Shown here in pieces: positions 12,026 to 24,881 of a DNA stretch of 64,000 nucleotides (positions within the stretch are counted from its first letter, which is position 1; each line of letters starts with the position of its first letter). The notes beneath the pieces are model-generated. The model made no database searches and was not told the DNA's origin. It was given only the letters and a program-made list of their open reading frames with translations. The stretch spans positions 558,001-622,000 of the forward strand of contig NW_019028991.1 in NCBI RefSeq assembly GCF_002105155.1, given 5' to 3'. Source of the stretch: Lobosporangium transversale (Eukaryota). The translations under genes and the position numbers were made by a program.

Positions 12026-14483
12026 TTACTTTTTCCTAGGGCGTATAAACCCAGGAACAGGTGCATCCGGTCGTCCATACAGGAATGTTGCTAAGATTAC
12101 CACAAGTGTTCCAAGCTGAAATTGAATCGATGGTTCGAAATCAAAGAAATAAACGGAGATTATACCTGAGACGATAATTGACAAAGATGTTGCGAAGCCC
12201 TTCAGAATATTATCCGCATACTTGACTACGATTGCAACCAGCAAGCCTCCTAATGCTTGATTGACGATGACCATCCATGTAATAGCAGAGTACCCCTGGA
12301 GTATACCACCCTCATAGATTTTCTCCCGATCATAAAACATTGCTAGGAAACTGAACATCGATCCTGAAATCCCGAGTTGCAAGTTGCGCACCCACATGTC
12401 GGATTCACTGCCCTTTAAAATCCTTTCAAAATAGCAACCTGCAAAACCAGAAGAAACACAAGATGTCAATACGGCCAGTAGCCCAACTATAGGGTTCTGA
12501 CTGGTAATTATCTCATCTTCTCCAAAGGCACTGCTTAGAGAGCCGCTGGTCTTGTTCCTGTGATCGCTTGCTATAGCGTCAAGATACTCAGATTCAGCTC
12601 CACCGTCTCCAGAAGTGTCGGTTATCGCTGAGTTTTTCCCAGAGCCCACGTTCTGCAGTTGTACCAATGTAACTCCAACCATTAACAAGCAAAGCGAAAG
12701 CCATTTTTGCCGCGTTAGCCGCTTATTGAGCATCGCAACCGAAAACATAGCAGTGGAAAGGATTTTCATCTGATAGGTAACTTGAAAGGTGGCTGCCTCT
12801 AGATTAGACAAGGCAATGTAAAGAAGATTGTTCTGTAGCGCATACAATCCCGATGGTACCAGCATCTTGAGAATCTCCTGAGGTTGTTCCAAAATTTCCT
12901 TTTGGATAATGTAGGTGGTATGAGTGATTGACTTTGCTTTGAAGACAAGTATTATGAAACAAGTGCAAAGCTTGATAATCTCTGCAATAAAAACGGCAGT
13001 TGAGGCAAGGTACATAGGTTGATCTGGATCCACCGAGACTCGGGAGTAACGCATCATTAGAACCAAAACGCTATTCTGTAGCAGTAAGACAATCAACGAA
13101 AGATGTTTCATTGATATCCCGTAGGCAGCCGCCATGTCATCTATTGAATGTCCAAAACAAATACGGCAGTGATGCAATTAGAGGGTGAGTTCATGATGCT
13201 ATAATTTGCGATATTAGTCCGCATTCGTTATGTTTGAATGGACCCACAACGATATGTTAGTAGTGTAATGGTTAATGTCGTCTAGATACTCTGGATCCAA
13301 TAATGGGGATTTTATGAGAACTGAGGGTTGATTGCATGTATGTTAAAAAGCTGCTCTCTTTCATTATCGGAAGCCTTCTCCCCCATTGAGACTAAGTAGA
13401 TCAATATCATTCATTATCATACGTGGCTCATTGTCGCACTATTTCGACCTTCCATCCGAATTCCCACGAGCGTCGAGCAAGCTGAAGTAGCACCTCCTAG
13501 GGATAGGATCCGTTTGTTGTGAACTAAATAAAAAGAGACTTACGCCGTCCTAGTCCGCTCTGACGGTTTATTGTCGGCAGAGGCCCCAACTGTTTTTCGT
13601 TGCTCATGTATGGGTTTCGCCCAGTCTTCTTGGTTGAAAGGGACTTGAAAAGTGCCGGTGTTTGTGCGCCCGTATTTGTTTCAAATGAGTTTTCTGAAGC
13701 AGATTTTGCGATTGATGCTCCTGTCTCTCCATGAGCGTTTGATGATGCAGAAGGAGATATCATTACAGTGTCCGAAGGATGGTCCGAGGAGATCGAAGGC
13801 GAGAAAGACGATTTTAGCGGGGTGTGAGGTCGATACTGCAATGGGCTGCTGCCAATGTGTGTACTGAGGCTACCATTAGAAGGAGCTAGACTGGTTTGAC
13901 TTCCTGTAGAGTTGGTCCCTCCATTGCCGTAGATACTACTACTTGAATAGTGGACGGTCCCTGGGCTGTTTGGGATAGTGAAGTATTCTGCTCTGGCGCT
14001 CGAAGGAAAGACGATCCTTGTATGTGACGGCGTGCTAGTATTGCTGCTACTGTTTCTGGCCATAGCCAGAAGTGCGTCTTGTTTCATGGAATATAGACGT
14101 GCATCGCTTGAAGCTGAATCGCTTGAAGCTGAATCGCTTGAAGCTGAATCGCTTGAGGATTGTGTTCCATGTGTTGTGTCGCCCAGGGATGTTGTGGATG
14201 AGAAACCTTGATTTGAATGAGTGTGATGCTGTTGCGACAGGTCTAGCAAGATCTGATCAAGTGCAGCCGTGGATGGCGAGACAACTTGGAGCTCCGGGCT
14301 GCTGTTTGGTTGTTGCTCACACTGCAGCTGCTGTGGCTGTGTCTGTATTGGATGGAGTAGGCGCTGCGGAGACTGGGGCTGGGTATGGTCAATGTTGTTG
14401 CTCCGAGTGCGAGGCCGTGTGCTCCCTGTTGGAAGGTCAAGGTGGCTCTGAGGCTCCAAGGAGGAAGGAGATGCTCCAGACAT
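12026..14483 (-). CDS. SLC35A-type nucleotide-sugar (UDP-galactose-like) transporter, probably with a long Ser-rich N-terminal exon
   Basis: 12026-13140 has VPSGLYALQNNL, FQVTYQMKIL, SGFAGCYFE, VVKYADNILKGFA. The upstream ORF (ATG 14483) joins in frame through a phase-1 intron at 13141-13543 (GTAAGT...CAATAG). The core is high-confidence; the N-terminal join is inferred. Confidence 0.85.
14103..14156. repeat. 15-bp coding tandem repeat (ATCGCTTGAAGCTGA x3.5) encoding SDSAS repeats
   Basis: Perfect repeat units visible in the sequence. Confidence 0.9.
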
Positions 14484-14871
14484 ATATAGCGCTGTAGACG
14501 GTTCTTGGTATGGAGCTACAGATGACTGGAAAAGAGAGAAAAGAAAGGCGGAGGAACAGGAAACAAGAAAAGATAGATTTATAAGAGAGTGATTTAATAA
14601 CAATAGAAAGAGAGAAGGCTTCGATGCATTTTTTTTTTTTTTGGTCTTAGTTACTCCACATTGCAACAGAGGGAAATTGCTTTACACTATCCCTAATCAG
14701 GGAAAGCGTGCATGCGTGTGCATACGGTCACCAAGCATCCTGGATCGCCGATACTCCTACAATGCTTACTCCTCATTGTGGGCTAATTCTAGGGATTTAC
14801 TCCATTCATAATATGCATAATCGTCTTTCATCTTTATTGTTATCAGTATGTAACCAAGATAACCCACACTT

Positions 14872-16400
14872 TTGAAAGTAAAAGAGTCGATCCCTCACAA
14901 TGTGGCAAGAAAGATGTCAATCCCAGAGATAAAAGGATCAGATGTGCATAATGTACCCCGAACATCTCACAGTTGTCTTGAATATCAGCACAATCCACTG
15001 CAACTTGAGATGAGTACTAGGGAAACGATTCCTAGCCGACCAACCTATGAAGGTACTCAGCTCGTTCCTGTGCCCCGGGGCGGTGATAAGCGAGCATTGA
15101 ACGATCTGGTATCTATGATTAGGAAATACCTCTAGGGTGTCATCTACCTTGCTTCTGAAATTCGGCATACATGTGATGGAGTCATTGCCATTTACTTCGA
15201 GCAACTATCAAGGAATGGCATCCAAAACAAAATAGGGAAGTGCTCGGACAGGTTCTGCCTTTAGGTGTCCCATGAGGATGTGTATCAGAATGATAATGAC
15301 CTATACTGACGGCTGGGGAAACCCTATAGCCATGTTTTTACAGACGTTTCACAATATGTGAACGATTGCAGATCTCTATCAAACACTAAATCCTCTGATG
15401 ATCTCAAGCTTCATCAGTAAAGTAAAAGACGTTTAGCCAATCATAGACTGCTCCAAGACCAGGAAAGAGATATCTCATCTAGCACCCACTTCCTTGAACG
15501 CTATTGTGATAGAGAGGGTAGCTGTAACGAAAGTCTATTCCAAGGAAAGGCCACAGAACCCTCCTGCGCAGGTACAATGCCCATGCTCATGGCTCGCTGG
15601 TATATGCACTTCTGCGTATCCAGTGAACGGTGCTAACACTATCAATACTTTCGTAGATTCGAATCCGAAAGAACAAAGGCCAGTCCCTTGCAGCTATACT
15701 TCGGGATTGACTCGACAGTTCCTGCGATCGAGGGTTTTTTGCTCCTCAACAAGGCTGCTGGCAATCGTCGGAAGATTACACCAATATCATCGATGGAAGA
15801 CAGATACATTCGTCGAGACCTGGTTGAAAAGCGCCGATTTGGAAGCGATGTGCCAAGGTATTGTCAGTCCAGCACTTTCAGGTATGCCCAAATCGAGACT
15901 TTCTTGAAACGGTATGTATATATGGCTTTCAAGTAAGGGGCCAGGACCAAATTTCTTACGGGTGTTGAAGGTTATGACAAGGAACAACCCAAGAAACAGC
16001 GATCATACAGGAATAGTACAATAAAAATGCATCTTCAAGAGACCAAAACCACTTAGATCTACAGGGACAAGACTTTTTGCCCGTCGATTGCTACAGACGC
16101 AGCGATATTCTTCGTGGGTCCATCAAGGTGGACGGCTTCCTCCACCAGCCTCTAGCCTACAAACAAAGGAGCTGAAAGCGGACAACTTAGACGACTGGAC
16201 AAAGGTAGGCTCTCTCCCCGCACCACTTCAATTCTCGCAGGCACAGACGACTTCCGGATCAAAGTGCTGTAGCTAGGTCTCAGGGAAGCGTTCATCGTTG
16301 GAGTATGTGTCTTATTGCCAGGGTCCATCCAGGCCAAGGAAGGCAGCGGCCATGTCAGCACGATATGGCCAACGTCATCCGCCATCATCTCATCCACCAA
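14872..16400 (+). pseudogene. Decayed Fanzor1/TnpB-like (IS200/IS605-derived) nuclease gene, truncated after RuvC-I
   Basis: Collinear blocks broken by stops and frameshifts: LEYQH.PLQLEMST; IYLASEIRHTCDGVIAIYFEQL; PAIEGFLLLNKAAGNRRKITPISSMEDRY; WLSSKGPG; DILRGSIKVDGF (16104-16139); PRTTSILAGTDDF; IKVL*LGLREAFIVGVCVLLP (16258-16320). The last two diagnostic blocks match the GSI.TDG motif and the I.ILGLDLG RuvC-I strand I recall for Mortierella Fanzor1-like proteins. Confidence 0.65.
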
Positions 16401-16786
16401 CAGTGGCCTTTGTACCTGCAGCTCAAGAACAGCCAAGGATAGTATTCTTAGATGAACAGCACTGGCCCTAGCAGTAACAGCACAGGCAGTGGTCGCAAGC
16501 GGCAATCGAGACAGGTGGCTCTGATATTAAAGTGTGAAACGCAATTAGAACCACCATTGTGCTGTTCCCTTTTTAACAAGGAATGACAATGTCATGCACC
16601 GGCTTTGTTGTACCACCTCTTAATATATTGAATTGTCCTCTTTCCTTCCATCTCCATATACCCTGACTCTATTCTTGCCCTTCGATGTCGCTCCATTAAC
16701 CATCTAGCTTCAAGTGACTGAAAAGAAAACGCGAGCGAAATTCTCCTAGGCCTGCGCCCCTCTTTTAGACCCAAACCATACCACTC

Positions 16787-19700
16787 ATGAATAGACACAC
16801 AAGCATTTCTTCATACTATCAGTCCAGCTCAAAACCAAACTCACTTGTTCCATTCTCTTCCGACACATCATCGTCACCGTCTAATTTATTACAGTCTCAG
16901 CGTCAACCGAGTCAGCAACCACCCCATCACCCCGCTCCAATGCAGCAACCTCCTCCACCACCAAGAAACCAAAAGACCGACCAGATCCTTCAGGTACTCT
17001 TGTACTGCTTGTTCTCTGGATCAGATATCAAAATCCAATCTATTAACACGCGCTCTTTGAACCATTTTTCGCCAGTACTTTTATGTAAAAGTCATCCAAA
17101 TTGTAGTTCTGGCTCGTGTGACACATCCGGATTATTATACTGGTAGCAACACACCTAGGAAAGGATCCTTGCGGGGTACACCATTAGTAAAAAAGACAAG
17201 CAAATGGGTAGGTCTAGTATAGGATGCTTTTGTTCATGTTCTATCTCACTGATACATGTGTTGACAGCTTTTATATCCTGAATAAACAGTTCAATTTGGA
17301 GCTAGAGGACCTAGATATTTACAAGGAAGATGCCAAATTCTGGAGGACGATTGCTATCACAGAGTCTCCGCCAGCCATGCTGGTTGAGCTGCTGTTAGAC
17401 ACTTCAGAGCTTTCATCAAATCAAATGTTAGTATTAGTGGACGAAAACAACCGTAAAAACAGGGTTGATATTGCAGGATCATCGACAGCTTCTACTCCGC
17501 TAGGCCAAACTAGAATGCGACGAAACATTATACTCGAATCTTGGTCCTTGTCACTCAGGTATTTGCACTATAGCTTGACGACCCTGGACCTCAGTGATGG
17601 ATTAAATTATTAATAGATGTAGCTTTTCTCCCTTTTAGTAATACTCCTCCAGAGCCTGTCCCAGAGCCACCTGTCGTGTATAAAAAGTCAATTATATTTT
17701 TCAGGTCATTATTTGCATACATGCGTCTCTTACCTGCCTATCAACTATATCGCCGTCTTCGGAAGCAGAACCACCCACTGAAAATTGGGTTTCGAGTTAG
17801 CAGAGGTCACAGTCCTGAAGAAAGTATATTTCGAGATTCCGAAATTGGGATTGGTAAGGATACTTGCGAAATGTCGCTTTCTGCCCACGCATGCTTTTCT
17901 ATTATTTGCTTCTAGTTGGCAACGTGATATACAGAGCGGTGCATAGAGTGTATCGTATACTCTTACTTTAATTGGACTTTGACGCTACAGTCGTTCGAAT
18001 TTTGTTCCGCTGAAGAGATGAAAAAATGGTAATATTTCGACATGGCAGTAACAGTATTTCCTTTTGGATTTTCATGATTTCATGGCCTCTTTTATCATAG
18101 AGGTACCATTGATCGAAGGAGAGACGCGGCCTAAGCTGGCAGAATATCGTTTTGGTCAAGTGGAGACATCTATTGGGTAAGACATTATTGTTTATTAGAC
18201 AGTAAGTAGTTAGCTTATTGATCAAGTCCAATTTATTTTATATTATTGATATCAAATTCATGGTCTATAGGGCATTTTCCCTTAAAGTCACTTATCGATG
18301 TAATTGCGAGTTTAATGTCGATGAATCTGAAGCTGTTTTGAGCTCCAGATTTATAGACATGGACGAAAATTACTTTACACCAACCGTTGCCACTCATTCA
18401 CAAGAGCCGCCTAGGTTGATGAGGCAGCCAAGCTTGGATGTAAGTTGTAACCCTAAACTCATCAGCTTTGTGCTCTGTAATAATGGGTTTTGGCTTTTAT
18501 TCAACTGGATCCCTGATATATTGGTGTCTTGTTTATATGTAGAATCCACAGCGCCGAGCACTGTCATCAGTACCTTTGGTACAAAGGCCTACTAGTGAAC
18601 TATACAGTTCGGGAACTTATTCTGATAACGCTGTTCCAAACTTTCGGCCTCGACGCAACAGCGCACAATCATTACAAATGCGGTCCGGTGAGAATTCGTC
18701 TTCGCAATCGTCAGTGTCGTCCCTAGGCACCCGTATGTCGCGGCGGGGCTCAAGTGGCGCCTCAGGAGGACTTATAGCTTCCATGGATCCTCAAAACCCC
18801 ACTGGTACTCCACCTTTTTCTTTAACGCACGGAGGACATGCTCTTGTGGCGAAGCATTATGTTGATCCTATAGCAGAAAGCCCTCCCTTCAAGATGGGGG
18901 TAAAGTACAATAGTAGTAAGACCTTTTGGAGCGTATCCGTTTGTTCATAGCTTCTAACCTTCAATGCTTTTGTTATCCTCCATAGGCAAGTCAACCTGAT
19001 AACCGTAGAAACCTCTCATCTACTTTCTCGCCGTTCAAATCACCTTCCTTGTCATCTTCACCTTCACCATCGTACCTTGAAGCATTACCATCCTCTCTTT
19101 CCTCAAAACCGTCTTCTATTCATCTAAATCGCTCTCCATCCTCCTCCTCTATGCATCGTGGACAGTCTTCTCAGCAAGGATCAGGATCACTCAGTTCAAT
19201 CCCAAAATCAGGCAGTATCTTGGCGGGAAATAACTCTGGAGCGTCGTTTAGCATCCCTAACGCAGGAGCCAATCTCTTGTCTACTTCAGCCAAGAGCAAT
19301 GCCTCCTCGACTTCTGCTCCTCGTGTAACATCAAGCTTCGGCCATCGTCATGATTCCTCCAGTCGTCGAGCATCAAGCGAGAGCTTGCCTAGTGGAAGAG
19401 GGAACCGCAATTCTATAATAGGCTCTTCTGTAAGCAAAAGTAAATGTTACAGATAACTTCTTGACAAGCAGCCAATTTATTACGTTCCTAATGTTGCTTC
19501 AAAACACACTTTTTGCTAGTCTCCATTCCAACTTACTCCGGACGATGACGATGTAAATGCTTTTGTGCAGATGCTAGCAGCGCCAGAGCCACTGAAGCTC
19601 TTTGGAAAAGCTGGGAACTCCAGCCTTGGGCCATCTTTTACGTCAGGAGATAGTCTTTCATTCTCAACGCTCAGAAACAGGACAGCGCTAGACCGATTTC

Positions 19701-21298
19701 AGCAACTTAAGCAGAGTAATGCCAATCTGTCAGACTCAATGTCTGCAAGCCAATTGATTACCAAGGAACAGCAGCAAGCGGGGTGTTCAACGCCTTTGGC
19801 AATCGCAACAGGACATCTCAATAGACAATCGGCTGTGAGTGATATGGGTCCCAATAGCTCCAGTGGTGCTCTGTTTAGTTCTTCGGCATCATCAAATGTA
19901 AATAGACATTCACAGTCATTCTCGCACCAGCCACCAACGCCCTCTCCTCTGCATTCTGAAATCCCAGTCCATCCCCAATCGAGTTCTCAGCCACTTCAAT
20001 CTCGGTCGACAGCCGGTTCAAACAGTAGCGGAATAAGGAGGCAGTCCTGGTTGATAGGAGGAAGCAGTAGTAGTGTTGGCAGCGCCAGTGGGCCTCAGCA
20101 AGACAATTATCTTAAGGGTCTCAATGTAGGCAGTATTGCTTTCCGACATGGAAGTCTGGATCAACGAAGGAGCATTTTAGATATGGAGGAAGCAATGGAT
20201 CGGATGACTGTCGCCACTCCGGAAGGCATCGCTTTTGGATCATTTCCAGAGGATGTCCATCATCAGCATTCTCTTTATTCCGCCCCATTAGATGCGGAAC
20301 GAGATAGGAAAAGCTTGGTTGCTAACATCTACCCAATCTTAGATTTACCTTTTGGGCCTGATCCAAGGCCGATTCCATCACATATGAGCGGAGAGATAAC
20401 CAATAGTAGTCGGCCTAATCGATTGCTACGGTTAAATAATGGATTGAATGGGACAGGCTTTACGTTACCAAGGCTTCGTACGCGCGCGCCAGATGATAAT
20501 GAGCCTCTGAATGAAGTGAACCCTACAGATATCGGCAGTAGCCAACGGGGCGAACGGGACAGTCATGGTGATGATGACGAGGATGAAGATGAAGAGGGTG
20601 ATATCCAAGAGATAGGATTGAGGGGTGATCGGAGCTATAAGCATGAAGCAAATACATGTATTAATGACGACGACGACATGCTGTTCATCATGAGCGAGCT
20701 AAGTCCCACTTCAAATTTTGGACAGGAGCCTATCATGACAGCGGTTGGCGGATCTCATGATCGAGCGATGCTTCCTTTAACAGGTGCTATGTTGAATTTG
20801 CGATCACAATCACAGTCTCCTTCCTTAGGGCCCCATGGCGGCTCTAGCAATGGGGGCACGCCTTCATCATCATCTCCTCACCTTCGGATCTTTGGCAGGA
20901 ATACAATCGGTCATAGTGGCAGCAATGTTGGTGCAGCAGAGAGTAACAACAACAATAGCGCCAGCAATAGGTCTGGCAGTGCTCACCATAGCCGAGTTGG
21001 TTCGAGTAGCGGAAGCAATACTAATAACCATAACAGTTTCGAAAACCTGGGCTTATTGCGTCGACCTGGATCAGGTTCGGGGTTTGTGGACGACTTCAAC
21101 TTGCCTTCAGCATCTTCAACGCCCCCGCCTTTCCCTGGATTTGTAGCTGGCGCAAGTATAGGTACATTTGATGCTGTATTAGAAGGGAGGCAGATGAGCC
21201 GTGGAGGCAGTGAGCGCGACATTGGTAGTGGTGCCAATAGTGGTGGCCACAACAGTTTCCATTCTGACTCTCGCGGAGGACGTATTGAAGGGTGGTAG
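16787..21298 (+). CDS. ATG13: Autophagy-related protein 13 (HORMA domain + long disordered C-terminus), ~9 exons
   Basis: KTDQILQ|YFYVKVIQIVVLARV, KW|FNLELEDLD, IILESWSL, VYKKSIIFFRSLFAYMRLLPAYQLY, LKVTYRCNCEF, followed by a Ser-rich tail with DDDDMLFIMSEL. Confidence 0.9.
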
Positions 21299-21494
21299 AT
21301 TATCATCATTCAAATATCTATAACCTTAATATAATATTAGCTTTGTATAAAATCATATATTCCTTTATATCTTGAAATCAGGTTTTCTACAGAAGAATAA
21401 TGGTGCCACAGTCACGATGAAAGCTGCGAGATGATTGTTCTGATCATTTGAACACTTTGCTCCATTGCTTGCACCTTCATTTCCAATACACACA

Positions 21495-22584
21495 ATGAGA
21501 GCTGTGAGTATTTACTTTTTTGACTTGCAATAAACTTTGACAACTATTTTAAGAATTCACGGTCTTATAATAATACTGCGAATACATTTTTTTTGACAGG
21601 TACTACAAAGAGTCCTTCAAGCAAGTGTGGAAGGTGGGGATGGGGGCCAGTATAACGAGATATTATAATGGTTTATCAGTGATGAAGACTTTCATTTTTC
21701 ACTAATGTCCAATGTGTACCTGTAGTAAATGGTCAACAGATTTCAAGCATCAAGCAGGGTATCTGTGTCTTAGTTGGGCTTTCTGTCGATGATACGTCCG
21801 CAGATATTGACTTCATGGTGCGCAAGCTCCTTAATGTACGAGTGTTTGATTCCAACATGAATGCTCTAGCAGGAGCAACAACAAGTTTGCAGGACGAGAG
21901 TGCAGCACCAAAGATGTGGGCGAAGAGCGTCGTTGATATTGAGGGCGAAATTCTTTGTGGTAAAATATATATATATATATATATAAAGAGGACAGATGAG
22001 TTTAATGTTCTCGATTCTGATTTTGCTTGTTTTCTCAATGAACCACTAGTATCACAGTTCACGCTCTATGGCCAGGTTGTCAAGGGAAGCAAACCCGACT
22101 TTCATATGTCTATGAAATCAGAGACGTCTAAGCAAATGTATCACGACTTCTTGGATCGACTCAGGAAAGCATACAAAGCAGAGCGAATCAAAGGTAGGTT
22201 TAAATAAGAGTATCAACAATAGCAGCAATAAGAACAACGAAAAAGAGGCTGAAAAGTTTTGAGAAGGTGATTAGTTTTGTCCTTCTATTTACTTCTTGCC
22301 TCAATTAATGACTTATGTTCTATCCAGATGGAGAGTTTGGTGCGATGATGCTGGTCAACATTGCCAACGATGGGCCTGTAACATTGGAGCTGGATTCAAG
22401 GAAGTTTGAGTATATTCCTGTTACCAACCAGCCTTCTGCGCGGAGGATCAAAGGTTCCAAGGTTTTAAAAGCGACCAATTCGCAAAGCCCTATAGATGCG
22501 TCAGATAGCACGAGCGTCGTCAGCGTAATCAGCTCCGTGGACACAAAAGCTGAGGACATGGAAGAAAAGGCACCAGCTTCCTAA
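21495..22584 (+). CDS. DTD1: D-aminoacyl-tRNA deacylase, 5 exons
   Basis: MRA|VLQRVLQASVE, GICVLVG, SQFTLYG..KGSKPDFH, FGAMMLVNIANDGPVT. Confidence 0.95.
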
Positions 22585-22868
22585 GGATAAGCTATCCTAT
22601 TCAGCGTTGGTGTGCGATGCGTCTATTTTATGGTTCCCACATTCAGAGCAAACATTTTATAGAAGTTTTACCTGCTTGAGGACAGGGTAGAGGATCACAC
22701 AGAATTAGATTTAGAAAATAAAATTTGGGTAACGTCAGCGTGTTAAAAGTGACTGGGAAAAACGCGTATACCTGTAGGTTTACGCATGCATTTAGTTATT
22801 CATTCCAACATTTCAGGGAACATTCAAACCACTCTTTTTCTTAAAAACATTCATAAACACATCTCATC

Positions 22869-23717
22869 ATGGTATGATGCTTGTTGAGGATCCAACCAAA
22901 CTATAAGAGCTTGGATAAAGGAATAATATTCTTCTTGTGATGTAAATACCTTGGATGTTAGGAAATCTAAGTTATGTCCTACTCTATTCAATTGTATCTC
23001 CAACTAGTCTCTTCGCCTCGCACCTTCAAGCAAACCCACTACTGCGGGATCTGCTTCAGTCTTCGACACATCCAACTCATATGGTCTTCACGATACAATG
23101 CGCTTTGGTATGAGGCAGATTGCAAGTGAAGTTACAGCCAAGCACCCTTTGGAGAACCGACTAGCTGAGGTACGACCAACGAAGAGATAAAATATGTATC
23201 TTTTTTTTTTTTTTTTTTTTTTTCAAATGATCTCTTCGACCTTGATCCATCGCTGTTAAAAAAACGACTCATGTTTGCGTGACTTACTAATGGCCTGTAA
23301 ATATACGACATTTGATGAATGGTTGAACTGCATTATGGTAGTGGGAGAATACACAAGAAGACCTCAAGATGAGCTTGGCCCGCAATATGTATGGAATGCA
23401 TGCACCTATTAAGATGGCCATGGAGCGTCAATTAGTCATCAAAGCCCGTGGGCCATCTATGCTGCCACAACGGTCAAATCTTGGATTGGATATTTTGATG
23501 GGCAAGGACGAGACAATTGACTTTGAAGACTTCTTGAATGGTAAGATGATGTGCCCAAAAAAAAAAAAAGAAAAAAAAAGAAGTCGCTCATTGGTATCTG
23601 TCGATGAACTAAGTTCTTTTTTTTTGTTCTATCTTTACAATAATAGTTCCCGAAATGTCGACAGAAATGGTGGATCCTCACACTATTATGGAACACCAGA
23701 TTGGCCTTCGCGTATAA
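22869..23717 (+). CDS. UMP1: Proteasome maturation factor (POMP), 4 exons
   Basis: ATG|gt at 22869. Motifs HPLENRL, YGMHAPIKMAME, LGLDILMGKDETIDFEDFLN, and HTIMEHQIGL near the C-terminus. Confidence 0.92.
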
Positions 23718-23923
23718 AAAAATATTTAGAGGGGAATTGGTATTAACAAACCAAAGAGCGTCAATAGACAAGTAGCTGGGTCAGAGAAAAGGATTTTCTT
23801 CGTTTAAAGAATTCAATAAAAATGACTTTTAGTTCCAACACATTCTCGTGACCATGCGCACAAACCTACCAGTTGTCAGCTTTGTATGCTGCATCATTCT
23901 TTTTCACTCATTATTCATTCGCC

Positions 23924-24773
23924 ATGTCTCGTATGCATCCCGAAGACATCAAGGAAGCCTTTGGTCTTTTTGATCCTCAAAACACTGGGAGGATTGAACC
24001 AACTGCATTCCAGGCTTTTATTAATGTATTTCCAATAAACGTCGAGGTTTTCGTTCATTTATATCCTTGTAGCAGTATGCCACATGTACTATTGAAAGAG
24101 CTGTTTTTTTAATACCCAGTTGTATTTACTTGTCGCACTTGAAAATGCGGATACTTTCACATTGGCTTTTATTCGATTCCCATGATGACAGACATTGGGA
24201 GATGAAGAGCTCAAGGCAACCATCCGTTTACCTAACCACCCCATCGATATTAAAGAGTTTACAGATATTATGAACCGCTACAATAGTGATGAGGGCAAAG
24301 ATCCTGAGGAGCCTTATCGACGCGCGTTTCAGTCTATGAACAAGGACGGTTCTGGACATATTTCCGCGCAAGAGCTACGTGCAGGAATTCAATCTCTCTT
24401 GGGACTTAATGCTTTATCAGAGGTAAATATCTTGTGTACCGGATATATATTAAGAGAAAGAAAGAAAGAGAGAAAGAGAGAAAGAAAGAGAGAAAGAGAG
24501 AAAGAAAGAGAGAAAGAGAGAAAGAGAGAAAGAGAGAAAGAGAGAGAGAAAAGAAAAGAAAAGAAAAGGTAAAGCCTTTTATTTTGCTACATTAAAAGCT
24601 AATTTTTTTTTGTTTTCTCTTTTGCAAAATGTCAACTCTCTCCCTGTTAGGCCGATATTGATGAGATTATTAGAGAGGGTGATGTTTCTGGAGACGGCCG
24701 TATTACCATTGAAGAGTTTCTAAAGATTATGCAAAAGAGTGAGAAGAAGCATCGTGGTGAGCACGTTCTCTAA
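23924..24773 (+). CDS. Calmodulin/centrin-like EF-hand protein, 3 exons
   Basis: IKEAFGLFDPQNTGRI, AFQSMNKDGSGHISAQEL, IIREGDVSGDGRITIEEF. The second EF loop is degenerate. Confidence 0.85.
24454..24568. repeat. Intronic GA-rich microsatellite
   Basis: (AGAG/AAAG)n run directly visible. Confidence 0.9.
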
Positions 24774-24881
24774 TGCTATTGACCAACCAGTAGTGTAATA
24801 CTTGATATATGCTTATTTATTAAGATTAAATAATAAAAGGGTCCATATAGTCACTTGGGCAAGGATGATGATACCATGGCT

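Noticed and set aside
14103..14156. Short direct repeats as a possible CRISPR-like array
   Set aside because: Head-to-tail units without spacers, inside a coding exon.
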